The notes below the pieces were generated by a model. The model did not search any database and was not told the origin of the DNA. It was given only the letters and a program-made list of their open reading frames with translations. The position numbers were made by a program, and so were the translations under genes. A stretch of 64,000 nt of DNA from positions 1 through 64,000 of IMG/VR virus record IMGVR_UViG_3300027974_000031, one strand, 5' to 3'. Positions 39,529-49,577 of this stretch are shown in pieces. Each line of letters begins with the position of its first letter. The stretch's first letter is position 1. The stretch is from a virus (lineage: Duplodnaviria; Caudoviricetes).

Positions 39529-39641
39529 AAAAAAAGAATAAAAAAAGAATAAAAAAAGAATAAAAAAAGAATAAAAAAAGAATAAAAAAGAATAAAAAAA
39601 GAATAAAAAAGAATAAAAAAGAATAAAAAAGAATAAAAAAA
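39529..39641. repeat. phased A-tract array (GAAT-A6/7)
   Basis: GAAT starts at 39536, 39547, 39558, 39569, 39580, 39590, 39601, 39611, 39621, 39631 (10-11 bp spacing). Confidence 0.95.
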
Positions 39642-39793
39642 GATTGAAAAGTTCCTGGATTTTGTCGAATTAAAAAGAAAAAAAAGAATAGATTTAGCGG
39701 GCGGATATAAAAAAGAAAAGAATAAAAATTTGTGGGGAGGGCTGACCCTATACGCAATCAAAAAATCAGCCCTTTTTAATAATTAATTATTGT

Positions 39794-39970
39794 ATGGAAA
39801 CGACTAGAAAATGTCGTAAATGTGAAATAGAAAAACCATTAGATTTATTCAGAAAAATGAAAACTAATAGAGATGGAATTGCATTAGTTTGTAAGAAATG
39901 CACTAATAAACAATGTAGAAATTTAAGAAATGCTAAAGACGTGCAGGTAATGCCCTTGTATCAAAAGTAA
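39794..39970 (+). CDS. 58-aa CxxC..CxxC zinc-finger protein (resembles the N-terminus of HNH endonucleases)
   Basis: METTRKCRKCEIEKPLDLF...DG....CKKC; below the ORF-track cutoff. Confidence 0.6.
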   Translation: METTRKCRKCEIEKPLDLFRKMKTNRDGIALVCKKCTNKQCRNLRNAKDVQVMPLYQK

Positions 39971-39971
39971 A

Positions 39972-40003
39972 AAGGGCTAGTAGCTTTTACACTACTAGCC
40001 CTT
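39972..40003. terminator. bidirectional terminator
   Basis: AAGGGCTAGTAG-CTTTTACA-CTACTAGCCCTT between convergent genes. Confidence 0.8.
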
Positions 40004-40006
40004 AGT

Positions 40007-40819
40007 TTATGCAGGAGAACTAGGAAAAGGAATTACATTTTTGGGTAAATCTTTTTTAGTTTTCTCTACTTTCTTGCGAACTGGTTGTCGAACTGGTTGT
40101 TTCTTTTTAACACCCTGAGTAGAGGGATTTGAAAGATTAACTTGTAATTCGTCTAGCAATTCTTTTAAACTCTTTTCTTTTCCTAGATCAGCCAGATAAA
40201 CTAGCCAGAAACCCAGGATGTTAGCAAGAGTTAAGAAAATCCCTACCATTATCTTCATGAAAAACTTAGGATCAAGATTGAATTCAGTTGCTAATGCTTC
40301 CAATTCAGTTTTTTCTAAGCTTTTTTCCTGATTGCTCTCAGTGCGGCTTTCCATCGTTTCCAGCTTTTCTGTCAGAGTGTTAATTTCTGCTTTCAATGCT
40401 GAACTTTTGGGACCGTATCCGCTTGCGGTTTCGCTTTCAAGCGTTTTTAGCAATATCGCTTTTTCAGCTTGTAATGCGGTTTTTTGAGCGTCTAATTCCG
40501 TTAGGTTAGTCTGAGCCAGTTGAACGGCTTCGACCTTTTTAGACGCCTCTTTCAATAAGAACGAATACTGGCCAATAAGAGAAACAGGAATAGTAACAAC
40601 CAGCAACAAAGCAGTTATTTTATTTTGTTTTCCCTTAGTGCTGGCCAAACTGTGAATCAAGAACAAAATCGCGATTTCTACCGAAACGGCAGTAATCGTG
40701 ATTATAACGTTTCGCAACGTCTCATTCCATGCGCCTGTTTCTTTGTAAAGGTGAAAACTTCCGATTGCACCGAAACACAATACAGGAACGCTAATAGCGT
40801 ATCCAAGGATTTTCTTCAT
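40007..40819 (-). CDS. multi-pass membrane protein with a coiled coil
   Basis: Three N-terminal hydrophobic helices, heptad region, C-terminal TM segment. Confidence 0.75.
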   Translation of the reverse strand: MKKILGYAISVPVLCFGAIGSFHLYKETGAWNETLRNVIITITAVSVEIAILFLIHSLASTKGKQNKITALLLVVTIPVSLIGQYSFLLKEASKKVEAVQLAQTNLTELDAQKTALQAEKAILLKTLESETASGYGPKSSALKAEINTLTEKLETMESRTESNQEKSLEKTELEALATEFNLDPKFFMKIMVGIFLTLANILGFWLVYLADLGKEKSLKELLDELQVNLSNPSTQGVKKKQPVRQPVRKKVEKTKKDLPKNVIPFPSSPA

Positions 40820-40992
40820 AGATTTTAATGAACATTTCTTTTGAAGATTTTCTTCAAAAGGTGCTTTTTTTGAGCACGGGACAAGATGCCACTTTTCTAT
40901 GATTTGTCAAACTGAAAAATGATTTTTATTTTCCGGTTAAACGAAAAAGGGGAAATAAGACATTTAATTCTTTCTTCCCCCTTTTTTATCTT

Positions 40993-41547
40993 TTAATCAA
41001 TTTCAATGGTATCGCCGTTGATTCGCATAACTTGCATTGCGCCCTTGTCTAGTGCAAACTCCCGAAATTTGCTAATTGGCAAGTCTTTTTTAATCTGATT
41101 TTTCAAGATTGTTATAGGCTTGCTTTTCACTTCTTTCTTGGGAGTTCCCTCTACAATGATTTTTTTGCTTTGAACCAATCCAAAGATTTGAATTGAATCA
41201 TCATGGTTAATGCTTACACCGTTGCCAAGAGGAGTCATGAGTCCCTTGCGGGTATAATCATCGCTTTGAGTGCCGTTTTTATGAGCAAGGAGCGACTTTT
41301 GAAGACTGTTCATCACTTCATTAGCAGCAAGAAGCAATGACTCGTTAGAAAACTCTTTTAGATCCATTTTTGTTTGCAATTCCTGAATGGATTTTTCAAG
41401 AAGAGAAATGTATTTGAATCCAAGATTCAAGGTGTAACGAGCGATTGAATTGTCGCTTTTACTTTTGTATGTAAAAGAGGCAAACCCTGGACCTGCATTT
41501 AGCAGGTTTTTAAGAATTGCAACTGAATTGTTTGGTGTGGTTGTCAT
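40993..41547 (-). CDS. hypothetical early protein
   Basis: 184-aa ORF with TTGCAC-N16-TAAAGT upstream and a terminator at about 40945-40988. Confidence 0.75.
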   Translation of the reverse strand: MTTTPNNSVAILKNLLNAGPGFASFTYKSKSDNSIARYTLNLGFKYISLLEKSIQELQTKMDLKEFSNESLLLAANEVMNSLQKSLLAHKNGTQSDDYTRKGLMTPLGNGVSINHDDSIQIFGLVQSKKIIVEGTPKKEVKSKPITILKNQIKKDLPISKFREFALDKGAMQVMRINGDTIEID

Positions 41548-41615
41548 AGTGTATTGTGTGAGGTGAGATTCTACTTTAAAAGAGAAAAAGAGATGTGCAA
41601 GAGGTTTTTTATTTT

Positions 41616-42293
41616 TTACTTGTTGTTTGCAACCATTGTTGCTTTGTTTTTTCCGTTACCATGGGCACGAAAGCCTACAATAACGCTTCTGTTTGACTTT
41701 TGGCAAAGCAAGCAATTGCTGCAATTGCTTTTTTCGTTTCTTTGAGCAGGACAAACAACAACCTTGTTTCCGTTTGGTGTAAATACGGAGTCAGGTGAAT
41801 CTTTAGGTAATACTACAACAACTGGAATTCCTTTTTGTTTGAATTTATCTGCCTCTTTAAGATTGTCTGCACTGGCATTAATTACAAAACCATCAGCGAT
41901 TGCTTTTTTAATTCCATCTAGATTCTTTTTGTTTAATGGCTTATGAGTATAAGTCCATGCAATTAGTTTACGCTTTTTAACAACTTTTGAAAGCAAAGAA
42001 AGCTTTTCTAAATCAATCTTTTCGTTTATACCGGGTAAATCACCGGCTTGTGAATATCGAAACTTCCAGCCAACGGGTAAAGACTCGACATCTGAAATAA
42101 ATCCATTCCAATCTTTTCCACGTTCACCATTGCTAACGGCGTTCCAGTGTATTGAAAGGGGGCCACCGTTAGCATAACAACCATTAGCCTTTAGTGGGCA
42201 GGAATCAGGACAAGTCTTTTTATCAGAGGTAGAAACTGCAACGCCAAAACCCATTTTAGAGTTAGATGACATAGGAGTGAGATGAAAGTTCAT
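41616..42293 (-). CDS. Cys-rich gp88-like protein (possible Fe-S/metal binding)
   Basis: SNSKMG...TCPDSCPL...CYA, FRYSQAGDL, WTYTH, VCPAQ....CSNCLLC, GFRAHG. Confidence 0.65.
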   Translation of the reverse strand: MNFHLTPMSSNSKMGFGVAVSTSDKKTCPDSCPLKANGCYANGGPLSIHWNAVSNGERGKDWNGFISDVESLPVGWKFRYSQAGDLPGINEKIDLEKLSLLSKVVKKRKLIAWTYTHKPLNKKNLDGIKKAIADGFVINASADNLKEADKFKQKGIPVVVVLPKDSPDSVFTPNGNKVVVCPAQRNEKSNCSNCLLCQKSNRSVIVGFRAHGNGKNKATMVANNK

Positions 42294-42439
42294 TTTTGAG
42301 CGGTTAGTTTGGTTGGTGAATAAATGACTTTAACCGAAAAGAGAAAAGGTGCAAGCGGTTTTTTATTTTCTTTCTTTGTATAAAGAAAGAAAGAAAGGGA
42401 AAGATTATTTATTTTCTTTCCCTTTCTTTTTGTTTTGTT

Positions 42440-42670
42440 TTATTCTCCCCAATGAACGCCCATGCTTTTCAAAGTGTCAAAAACTGCGCGGCTTGAGTGA
42501 TGAGAAGGCAAACGAGTTCCAGTTTCTTCAAAAACCATTTCGTTTTCTTCTTCTTCTGCATCATCGCCAATTAGTTTGGAAACAACTTTTTCAAAACCGA
42601 ACTTGCGAGCAATAGTTACAAGTTCAGTGTTTTCGTTCAGGTCTGCGTCTAGTGTGGTGTCGGTTCTCAT
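42440..42670 (-). CDS. small hypothetical protein
   Basis: 76-aa ORF with TTGCAC-type promoter upstream and a hairpin terminator downstream. Confidence 0.65.
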   Translation of the reverse strand: MRTDTTLDADLNENTELVTIARKFGFEKVVSKLIGDDAEEEENEMVFEETGTRLPSHHSSRAVFDTLKSMGVHWGE

Positions 42671-42775
42671 AGCGACGAAACAATAAAGAGAATTTATGTA
42701 AGTGCAAGCAGTTTATTAAATTAAAAAGGGGAAAGAAAACCTATTCAGATTTTCCTTCCCCCTTTTACCTTTACA

Positions 42776-43780
42776 CTAACCGTTTTCTTTTTCGTTTAGA
42801 ATCCAGTGTGAAATGGCTGGTTGACCACGACCACTAGAAGCTTCACGAACTGCGGTTAAAACCCCTTCTTCTGTAAGATTTCTAAGCAAAGAGAGAATAC
42901 CGCTTTTTGCCATGCCAGAAACTTCAAAAGTTGAATTTTCGACATCATCGCGATGAACAATATTATTACAATCAATAATATTGTTCAAAAGACATTCACG
43001 TTGAAAAGCTTTACGCTCTGCAACCTTGCCGTCGTTTGCGTCTCCTGTCTCATTGCCAGTGCTTTTTGCAAGTTCAAAAGGACAATCTAAGTCCCATGAA
43101 CCATTAAAAGGAAAGGCGCGAGAAACGGGTGAACCTTCGCGATTTTTATCACAATGAAACTCAACAACTTTACAACCTTCGTAACCATCGCCATCAGGAA
43201 CCATTCGCATTGTATAAGCAACATCTACAAGATGAAGAAGTTCATTGCGACCACCACGATTACCTTTTTTATCAGTGTGATTTAAAAGAATAAAAGTAAT
43301 GTTGTATTTTGCCGCAAAGTCTGCAATCTTGCCAACCTTTGCTTTTGTATCAAGTGCTTTTTTAGTTCCATTGTCAATTGGAAACGAAAGCATAGGAAAG
43401 GAATCAATTACAACCACATTAAGATTGTTTTCGATTATTTTTCGTTCAATAGCTGGCCAATAATTTTCAGAATCAGCCAACATATTGTCAGAAAAATCAA
43501 TTCCCATTGTTTTTCCCATTACAGCAAGCGCCATAACAGATTGTTCTCCTGTGAAATGTCCATAACGAACATCTGAATCAACTTTACTCATTGCTTTTCC
43601 AACAGTGAGACATAAACGAGTTTTGCCTGTGCCGCTTTGTGCGGAAAGCAAAATCAGTTTAGATGCTCTTGCCCCATAAACACCGCCGCAATTGCCAAGC
43701 AATTCATCGAATGCTTGATAACCCGTAGGTATAGCTGAATTCCAATTTGAAGGTAGAGTAACAGAGGATAGTGACTGCAT
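42776..43780 (-). CDS. RadA/Sms-like RecA-family ATPase with C-terminal winged helix
   Basis: IPTGYQAFDELLG, Walker A AQSGTGKT, TGEQS, Walker B VVIDS, HLVD, KNREG. Confidence 0.8.
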   Translation of the reverse strand: MQSLSSVTLPSNWNSAIPTGYQAFDELLGNCGGVYGARASKLILLSAQSGTGKTRLCLTVGKAMSKVDSDVRYGHFTGEQSVMALAVMGKTMGIDFSDNMLADSENYWPAIERKIIENNLNVVVIDSFPMLSFPIDNGTKKALDTKAKVGKIADFAAKYNITFILLNHTDKKGNRGGRNELLHLVDVAYTMRMVPDGDGYEGCKVVEFHCDKNREGSPVSRAFPFNGSWDLDCPFELAKSTGNETGDANDGKVAERKAFQRECLLNNIIDCNNIVHRDDVENSTFEVSGMAKSGILSLLRNLTEEGVLTAVREASSGRGQPAISHWILNEKENG

Positions 43781-43874
43781 ATAGTTTGTTTTGGTTTTAC
43801 TAACATCATTACTTTAAACGAAAAAAGAGAAAGCACAAGCACTTTCTCTTTTTTTTATTTTTTAATTCTTTCTT

Positions 43875-44450
43875 TTAATCTTTAATACGAATGTTTTTTA
43901 CATCTAATCCAAGTTTATCTGCAATCTGTTCTAAAGTTAATTCAATAACCTTTGGTCGGTTATCAATGATAGTTCCTTTTGAATTTTCGGAATAGATTTT
44001 ATCTCCATTCAAGTTATACTCCCGCTTAATCCAATATCCATCTGTGTTTTCATAATAGATTTCTTTTCCATTCAAGTTATACTCCCGCTTATTCCAAAAT
44101 CCATCTGAGTTTTCATAATAGATTTCATTACCATTCAAGTCATATCCATGCTTATTCCAAAATCCATCTGAGTTTTCATAATAAATTTGTTTACCATTCA
44201 AGTTATACTCACACTTATTCCAATATCTATTTGAGTTTTCAGAATAGATTTGATTACCATTCTGGTCATACTCACGCTTAATCCAATATCCATCTGAATA
44301 TTCACAATAGATTTCTTTTCCATTCTGATCATACTCACGCTTAATCCAATATCCATCTGAGTTTTCAGAATAGATTAATTTATTATTCTTATCTTTGATA
44401 AAGAATGGGAAATCTTTTACCTTTAAAAATTGTGCTATTGTTTCTTTCAT
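43875..44450 (-). CDS. 21-aa-repeat paralogue, array 1 (191 aa)
   Basis: MKETIAQ..K..DFPF cap + (IYxExSxGxWxKxEYxxNGxx)n + IDNRPK.IELTL..IADKLG cap. Confidence 0.9.
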   Translation of the reverse strand: MKETIAQFLKVKDFPFFIKDKNNKLIYSENSDGYWIKREYDQNGKEIYCEYSDGYWIKREYDQNGNQIYSENSNRYWNKCEYNLNGKQIYYENSDGFWNKHGYDLNGNEIYYENSDGFWNKREYNLNGKEIYYENTDGYWIKREYNLNGDKIYSENSKGTIIDNRPKVIELTLEQIADKLGLDVKNIRIKD

Positions 44451-44462
44451 AATTTTATTTTT

Positions 44463-44912
44463 TTAATCTTTAATACGAAAGTTTTTTACATTCAATCCTA
44501 GTTTATCTGCGACTTCCTGTAATGTCAATTCGATAATTTTTGGTCGGTTATCAATGATAGTTCCTTTTGAATTTTCAAAATAGATTTCATTACCATTCAA
44601 GTCATACTCATGCTTAATCCAATATCCATCTGAATATTCACAATAAATTTGTTTACCATTCAAGTTATACTCACGCTTATTACAAAGTCCATCTGAGTTT
44701 TCATAATAGATTTCTTTTCCATTCAAATTATACTCACACTTATTCCAAAATCCATTTGAGTTTTCAGAATAGATTTGATTACCATTCTGATCATACTCAC
44801 GCTTAATCCAATATCCATCTGAGGTTTCAGAATAGATTTCTTTATTATCTTTATTTTTAATAAAGAATGGAAAATCTTTTACTTTTAATAGTTGTGCAAT
44901 TGTTTCTTTCAT
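44463..44912 (-). CDS. 21-aa-repeat paralogue, array 1 (149 aa)
   Basis: Same caps and repeat consensus. Confidence 0.9.
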   Translation of the reverse strand: MKETIAQLLKVKDFPFFIKNKDNKEIYSETSDGYWIKREYDQNGNQIYSENSNGFWNKCEYNLNGKEIYYENSDGLCNKREYNLNGKQIYCEYSDGYWIKHEYDLNGNEIYFENSKGTIIDNRPKIIELTLQEVADKLGLNVKNFRIKD

Positions 44913-44924
44913 AATTTTATTTTT

Positions 44925-45437
44925 TTAATCTTTAATACGAATGTTTTCTACATTCAATCCTAATTTATCTGCGACTTCCTGTAATGTCAATTCAATAATT
45001 TTTGGTCGGTTATCCATGATAGTTCCATCTGAGTTTTCATAATAGATTTGATTACCATTCTGGTCATACTCACACTTATTCCAATATCCATTTGAATCTT
45101 CAAAATAGATTTCATTACCATTCAAGTTATACTCACACTTATTCCAATATCCATTTGAATCTTCAAAATAGATTTGATTACCATTCTGGTCATACTCACG
45201 CTTATTCCAAAATCCATTTGAGGTTTCAGAATAGATTAAATTACTATTCTGGTCATATTCATGCTTGAACCAAAGTCCATCTGAATCTTCATAATAGATT
45301 TGATTACCATTCTGATCATACTCACACTTATACCAAAATCCATCTGAATATTCACAATAGATTTCATCTTCATCTTTATTTTTAATAAAGAATGGAAAAT
45401 CTGTTATCTTTAAAAATTGTGCTATTGTTTCTTTCAT
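44925..45437 (-). CDS. 21-aa-repeat paralogue, array 1 (170 aa)
   Basis: Same caps and repeat consensus. Confidence 0.9.
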   Translation of the reverse strand: MKETIAQFLKITDFPFFIKNKDEDEIYCEYSDGFWYKCEYDQNGNQIYYEDSDGLWFKHEYDQNSNLIYSETSNGFWNKREYDQNGNQIYFEDSNGYWNKCEYNLNGNEIYFEDSNGYWNKCEYDQNGNQIYYENSDGTIMDNRPKIIELTLQEVADKLGLNVENIRIKD

Positions 45438-45450
45438 AATTTTATTTTTT

Positions 45451-45963
45451 TTAATCTTTAATACGAATATTTTCTACATTCAATCCTAGTTTAGCTGCAA
45501 TCTGTTCTAAAGTTAATTCAATTACCTTTGGTCGGTTATCAATGATAATTCCATCTGAGTTTTCAGAATAGATTTCATTACCATTCTGATCATACTCACG
45601 CTTAGACCAACGTCCATCTGAATTTTCAAAATAGATTATGTTACCATTCTGGTCATACTCCCACTTAATCCAATATCCATCTGAATCTTCAGAATAGATT
45701 TCATTACCATTCTGGTCATACTCAGTCTTAAACCAATATCCATCTGAATCTTCACGATAGATTTGTTTACCATTCAAGTTATACTCACACTTATACCAAA
45801 ATCCATCTGAATCTTCACAATAGATTTCTTCTCCATTCAAGTTATACTCACACTTATACCAAAATCCATCTGAGTTCTCATAATAGATTTCATCTTCATC
45901 TTTACTTTTAATACAGAATGGAAAATCTGTTACCTTTAAAAATTGTGCTATTGTTTCTTTCAT
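45451..45963 (-). CDS. 21-aa-repeat paralogue, array 1 (170 aa)
   Basis: Same caps and repeat consensus. Confidence 0.9.
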   Translation of the reverse strand: MKETIAQFLKVTDFPFCIKSKDEDEIYYENSDGFWYKCEYNLNGEEIYCEDSDGFWYKCEYNLNGKQIYREDSDGYWFKTEYDQNGNEIYSEDSDGYWIKWEYDQNGNIIYFENSDGRWSKREYDQNGNEIYSENSDGIIIDNRPKVIELTLEQIAAKLGLNVENIRIKD

Positions 45964-45976
45964 AAAAAGATTTCTT

Positions 45977-46363
45977 TTAATCTTTGATACGAATGTTCTT
46001 TACATTCAGTCCTAATTTATCTGCAATCTGTTCTAAAGTTAATTCAATTACCTTTGGTCGGTTATCAATGATAGTTCCTTCTGAGTTTTCAGAATAGATT
46101 TCATTACCATTCTGGTCATATTCATGCTTATACCAAAATCCATCTGAATATTCACAATAGATTTCTTTACCATTCTGGTCATATTCACGCTTAATCCAAT
46201 ATCTATCTGAATCTTCACAATAAATTTGTTTACCATTCAAGTTATACTCACGCTTAATCCAGTATCCATTTGAATCTTCATGATAGATTTCTTTATTATT
46301 CTTATTTTTAATAAGGAATGGAAAATCTTTTACTTTTAATAGTTGTGCAATTGTTTCTTTCAT
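45977..46363 (-). CDS. 21-aa-repeat paralogue, array 1 (128 aa)
   Basis: Same caps and repeat consensus. Confidence 0.9.
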   Translation of the reverse strand: MKETIAQLLKVKDFPFLIKNKNNKEIYHEDSNGYWIKREYNLNGKQIYCEDSDRYWIKREYDQNGKEIYCEYSDGFWYKHEYDQNGNEIYSENSEGTIIDNRPKVIELTLEQIADKLGLNVKNIRIKD

Positions 46364-46392
46364 AATTTTATTTTTTTAATCTTTGATCGTCT

Positions 46393-46587
46393 TTATATTA
46401 ACTCAATCTTGGTTTCTGTCAAGTCTTTTCTATCTTGATTCTTCAATCGGGATTTAGCGAGCTTTCTAGCCCACTTTCTAAATTCCTGGATATTCTTAAT
46501 TTTTCGGCAGCAAGAACAGCCATATTTCAGTTCTTTCGTGCCCCCGTTCAGACATTCCTGCTTTTGAAGTTTTCTAAATTCGTCCAT
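46393..46587 (-). CDS. small basic protein with CxCC motif
   Basis: 64 aa, GCSCCRK...RKWARKLAKSRLK. Confidence 0.6.
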   Translation of the reverse strand: MDEFRKLQKQECLNGGTKELKYGCSCCRKIKNIQEFRKWARKLAKSRLKNQDRKDLTETKIELI

Positions 46588-46617
46588 GGCTAATTGTAGC
46601 TCTGATTAGTCTATTAG

Positions 46618-47343
46618 TCAAGCAGACAAATAATTTTTATTTGAATCAGTCAAACCTGAATGAATATTAATTTGCTGTCCATCACTATAACCTTTGTCTG
46701 CAACCAATGCATTATAATTATTAACTGATTTTCCGGTTTTATAAACAACATCTGGAAAAAACTTGTTAATAGCTTGTTTAAGCATTTCAGACGAATTCAC
46801 CAGCATTAGGCTATAATTAGCCTGCAAGTCGCTTGCTATAGTGCTTTCCGTTGCTTCCTGCATATCCTTTAGCTTCTTAGATAGACCTTGCCACAGTCCA
46901 CAAAAATAGCTTTCCCTAGCAGTTTTAACCGTAACTTGTGGATTGTTTTCATAAAATTTATACCAAAGATTGAAAAAAGTATTTGTAAGATATTCATTCA
47001 AAAACTTGGCAAATTCGATTTTGTCTTTTTTTCCAACAAAATAAATTTTGCGTCCAATCGAACGATTACCGCCAGTAATAATTTCAACTTCAAAATATTT
47101 CTTAATAATATTAGAAACAAATCGTTGAGTAATTGGCAACCTTGCTTTGTTCGTTTCCATTTCTTCCTTTTCAATTTGATCAGAAGAATAATTGGAAGAA
47201 ACCCTAGACAATTCGATATTGTGTAGAGTAGCCAGTTCAATAGCCTTTTCCATGGCAGCACTAGCTTCATGTTCGTTCGATGAACCGCTAAGGGCAATCA
47301 ATTTTTCCAACTTAACAAGGATTTTTTCGTTCGGATTGTTCAT
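46618..47343 (-). CDS. DUF2786-domain protein
   Basis: KILVKLEKLIALSGSSNEHEASAAMEKAIEL...HNI N-terminal motif. Confidence 0.8.
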   Translation of the reverse strand: MNNPNEKILVKLEKLIALSGSSNEHEASAAMEKAIELATLHNIELSRVSSNYSSDQIEKEEMETNKARLPITQRFVSNIIKKYFEVEIITGGNRSIGRKIYFVGKKDKIEFAKFLNEYLTNTFFNLWYKFYENNPQVTVKTARESYFCGLWQGLSKKLKDMQEATESTIASDLQANYSLMLVNSSEMLKQAINKFFPDVVYKTGKSVNNYNALVADKGYSDGQQINIHSGLTDSNKNYLSA

Positions 47344-47580
47344 GACTTATATTACTAGAATTCAGCTATTTGTCAATCAATTACTTCATTACGCTCCAAT
47401 ATCTAAAATTTCTTCGCCTTCACGTTGTCCGATAGAATAATTAACGGGCCGAATTGCAATATATCGCATAGAAGAATCATCAGGAATTTCAATCATGATA
47501 GTATCCAGAAGTTCTCCATCTTCGCTAGTCACAGAGATTCGTATTGCACGTAGTTCTTTCATAATACACCTTACTCCGTT

Positions 47581-47850
47581 TTATTCTTCTGTCAACATTT
47601 TATCTTGCCTTTTAATCGTGTCCCAAGGATTTGCAAAAGAATCAAAATATCCCTGTTCGCGCAATTCATCTAGTTCTTCGTCCCTCCAAACAATTTTTAG
47701 TGGTGGGCAACCATAATGACTAAGCATAAAGGAAAAAATACTTTGATTTTCTTCATCCGTAACATATGCTGCCGTAGTCTTAGGATCATTCACTAACACA
47801 ACCTTGCACTCTCCACATTTTTCACAAACTGCATGATACCATGTTTTCAT
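47581..47850 (-). CDS. hypothetical protein (CxxC, H-x-x-C)
   Basis: 89-aa ORF co-oriented with the early genes. Confidence 0.65.
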   Translation of the reverse strand: MKTWYHAVCEKCGECKVVLVNDPKTTAAYVTDEENQSIFSFMLSHYGCPPLKIVWRDEELDELREQGYFDSFANPWDTIKRQDKMLTEE

Positions 47851-48260
47851 ATTATTTTATTGTTTTATTGTTTTAAACGCTTCTTCTTCCGTATAACCGA
47901 ATCCATTATTTGTATCATTAATCAATATTCCGGTTTCTCCATATTGATATGATACCATATAAAAATCAGAGTTGGGCATACGCAACACCTACTTATAAAT
48001 CTTTTGTTTCTTTTCCATGTTCTAATTTACATCAATAACAGTTATTCGTCAAACACTTATTTTATTTTTTTATCCGTCTCTCTGCCCCTGTATTCACCAG
48101 TTTTGAAATTATATATTTTGTTACATTAACAATATATCAAATTTGAGAAAATATGAGGCTTCTTTCATATCATGTTAATAACCGTTCTTTTACTCATATT
48201 TGAGTTATTTCGCACGCCCGACAAAAATTTAATACAAATTGTTCTTTATTCATATAAAGA

Positions 48261-48446
48261 TTACGTAATACTTGCTTTATTCTGTCTGTGCCATTCTTGA
48301 ACCTCTTCTAAATTTACGGGCATATACGGACAATAAATCACTGATTTCGGACTTCCATCATCATATCTTTCTATAATTGGTTCATAACCTTCTTCGGTAG
48401 TTCGGAGGTCTATGAATCTTAATTTTGGAGGTTCTTCTTTATTCAT
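48261..48446 (-). CDS. small hypothetical protein
   Basis: 61-aa ORF co-oriented with neighbours. Confidence 0.5.
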   Translation of the reverse strand: MNKEEPPKLRFIDLRTTEEGYEPIIERYDDGSPKSVIYCPYMPVNLEEVQEWHRQNKASIT

Positions 48447-48473
48447 CTTATTGTATCATGAATTAGACTCTAA

Positions 48474-48887
48474 TCAAGCGAAACTTACGACTCCGACTAA
48501 ACAATCAGGTTTTTCACACGGTTCATAACGTGTAAAATCGTCTGACAATTTAAACCATGTTTCCCCATCTGATTCATGCCAATAATGCCCTTCAATAATA
48601 TTTGCCCCATGTTTTTCAATCAAAAGATAGGTATAATATCCAAGTTCTTGAATATATTCACAATTATTTTCGATTGTTTCAACCGCCAGTTCTTTAGACA
48701 AAAAATAACCCCGATTGGACGGCTTGTTAAGCATGTTTCGCAATCGTTTTTCCTGCACTTCGGGAGGCAAGACAAACCTAGATTTATCTACCATATGTCG
48801 ATACTGCTCTTCTAGTTCAAGGTTTTCAATCTGTCCCCGAATATAATTAGAGCTAAATCCAACGATTACCCAAATAAAATCATTCAT
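48474..48887 (-). CDS. hypothetical protein
   Basis: 137-aa ORF. Confidence 0.7.
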   Translation of the reverse strand: MNDFIWVIVGFSSNYIRGQIENLELEEQYRHMVDKSRFVLPPEVQEKRLRNMLNKPSNRGYFLSKELAVETIENNCEYIQELGYYTYLLIEKHGANIIEGHYWHESDGETWFKLSDDFTRYEPCEKPDCLVGVVSFA

Positions 48888-48893
48888 AAAATA

Positions 48894-49145
48894 TTAATTA
48901 TTTTTAACCAAACTAACACCTTTTTCAGGTAGGTCAATTGTTACTTTATTATTTTCTGCCCATTCTTTAAAATCTTCTGCCATGTATTGAAGTAGCTTTT
49001 CAAATTCGACAGGTTCTTCCAAAGATTCATTAACACGAAAAAGTATAAAAACGCGCTTCATTACGTTTACCGCAGAAATCGCTACATCTTTCTTGATTTC
49101 TTTTTCAAAATCATCAATCGCGGTTCCGATAACATGTTTATTCAT
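48894..49145 (-). CDS. hypothetical protein
   Basis: 83-aa ORF. Confidence 0.65.
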   Translation of the reverse strand: MNKHVIGTAIDDFEKEIKKDVAISAVNVMKRVFILFRVNESLEEPVEFEKLLQYMAEDFKEWAENNKVTIDLPEKGVSLVKNN

Positions 49146-49210
49146 AAGTTATTCTAAAAATGTGATTAGTTTGATAATTTTATTATTTTTATTTAAATAT
49201 TTTCTGTCAA

Positions 49211-49423
49211 CTACCTTTTCATTTTATTCCAGTCTCCAGCACAAATAGAATGTAAGAAGCACCAAAAATATGGTTTAAGATACCATTTAGAATACATATG
49301 GTTCTTCCATTCTTCCCGTGTTCGGCCATCGTTAGGATCATTCACCAATAGAAACGGAATTCCGCACAAAAGAAGGGAAGGAATAAACAAACAAAAAGCC
49401 AGAATACGAATTAAGATTTTCAT
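49211..49423 (-). CDS. small membrane protein
   Basis: N-terminal hydrophobic helix; TTGACA-N16-TATAAT-N5-ATG upstream. Confidence 0.7.
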   Translation of the reverse strand: MKILIRILAFCLFIPSLLLCGIPFLLVNDPNDGRTREEWKNHMYSKWYLKPYFWCFLHSICAGDWNKMKR

Positions 49424-49577
49424 GCTTTATTATACATCAAGGTTAATCGTTGTCAATGACTTTATGTTTATCCACCAGTTTAAATTTCTTTTGACTCATA
49501 ATTTCCCTAACTTGTTCCAAAGAAATAGGAGTGTAATTGTGGCAGTATCCAGTGCTTTAGTCAATTCGATTTTTAAC

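Noticed and set aside
39428-39761. Phe-rich ORFs 39428..39757 and 39501..39761
   Set aside because: Translations of the A-tract array; low complexity, not credible proteins
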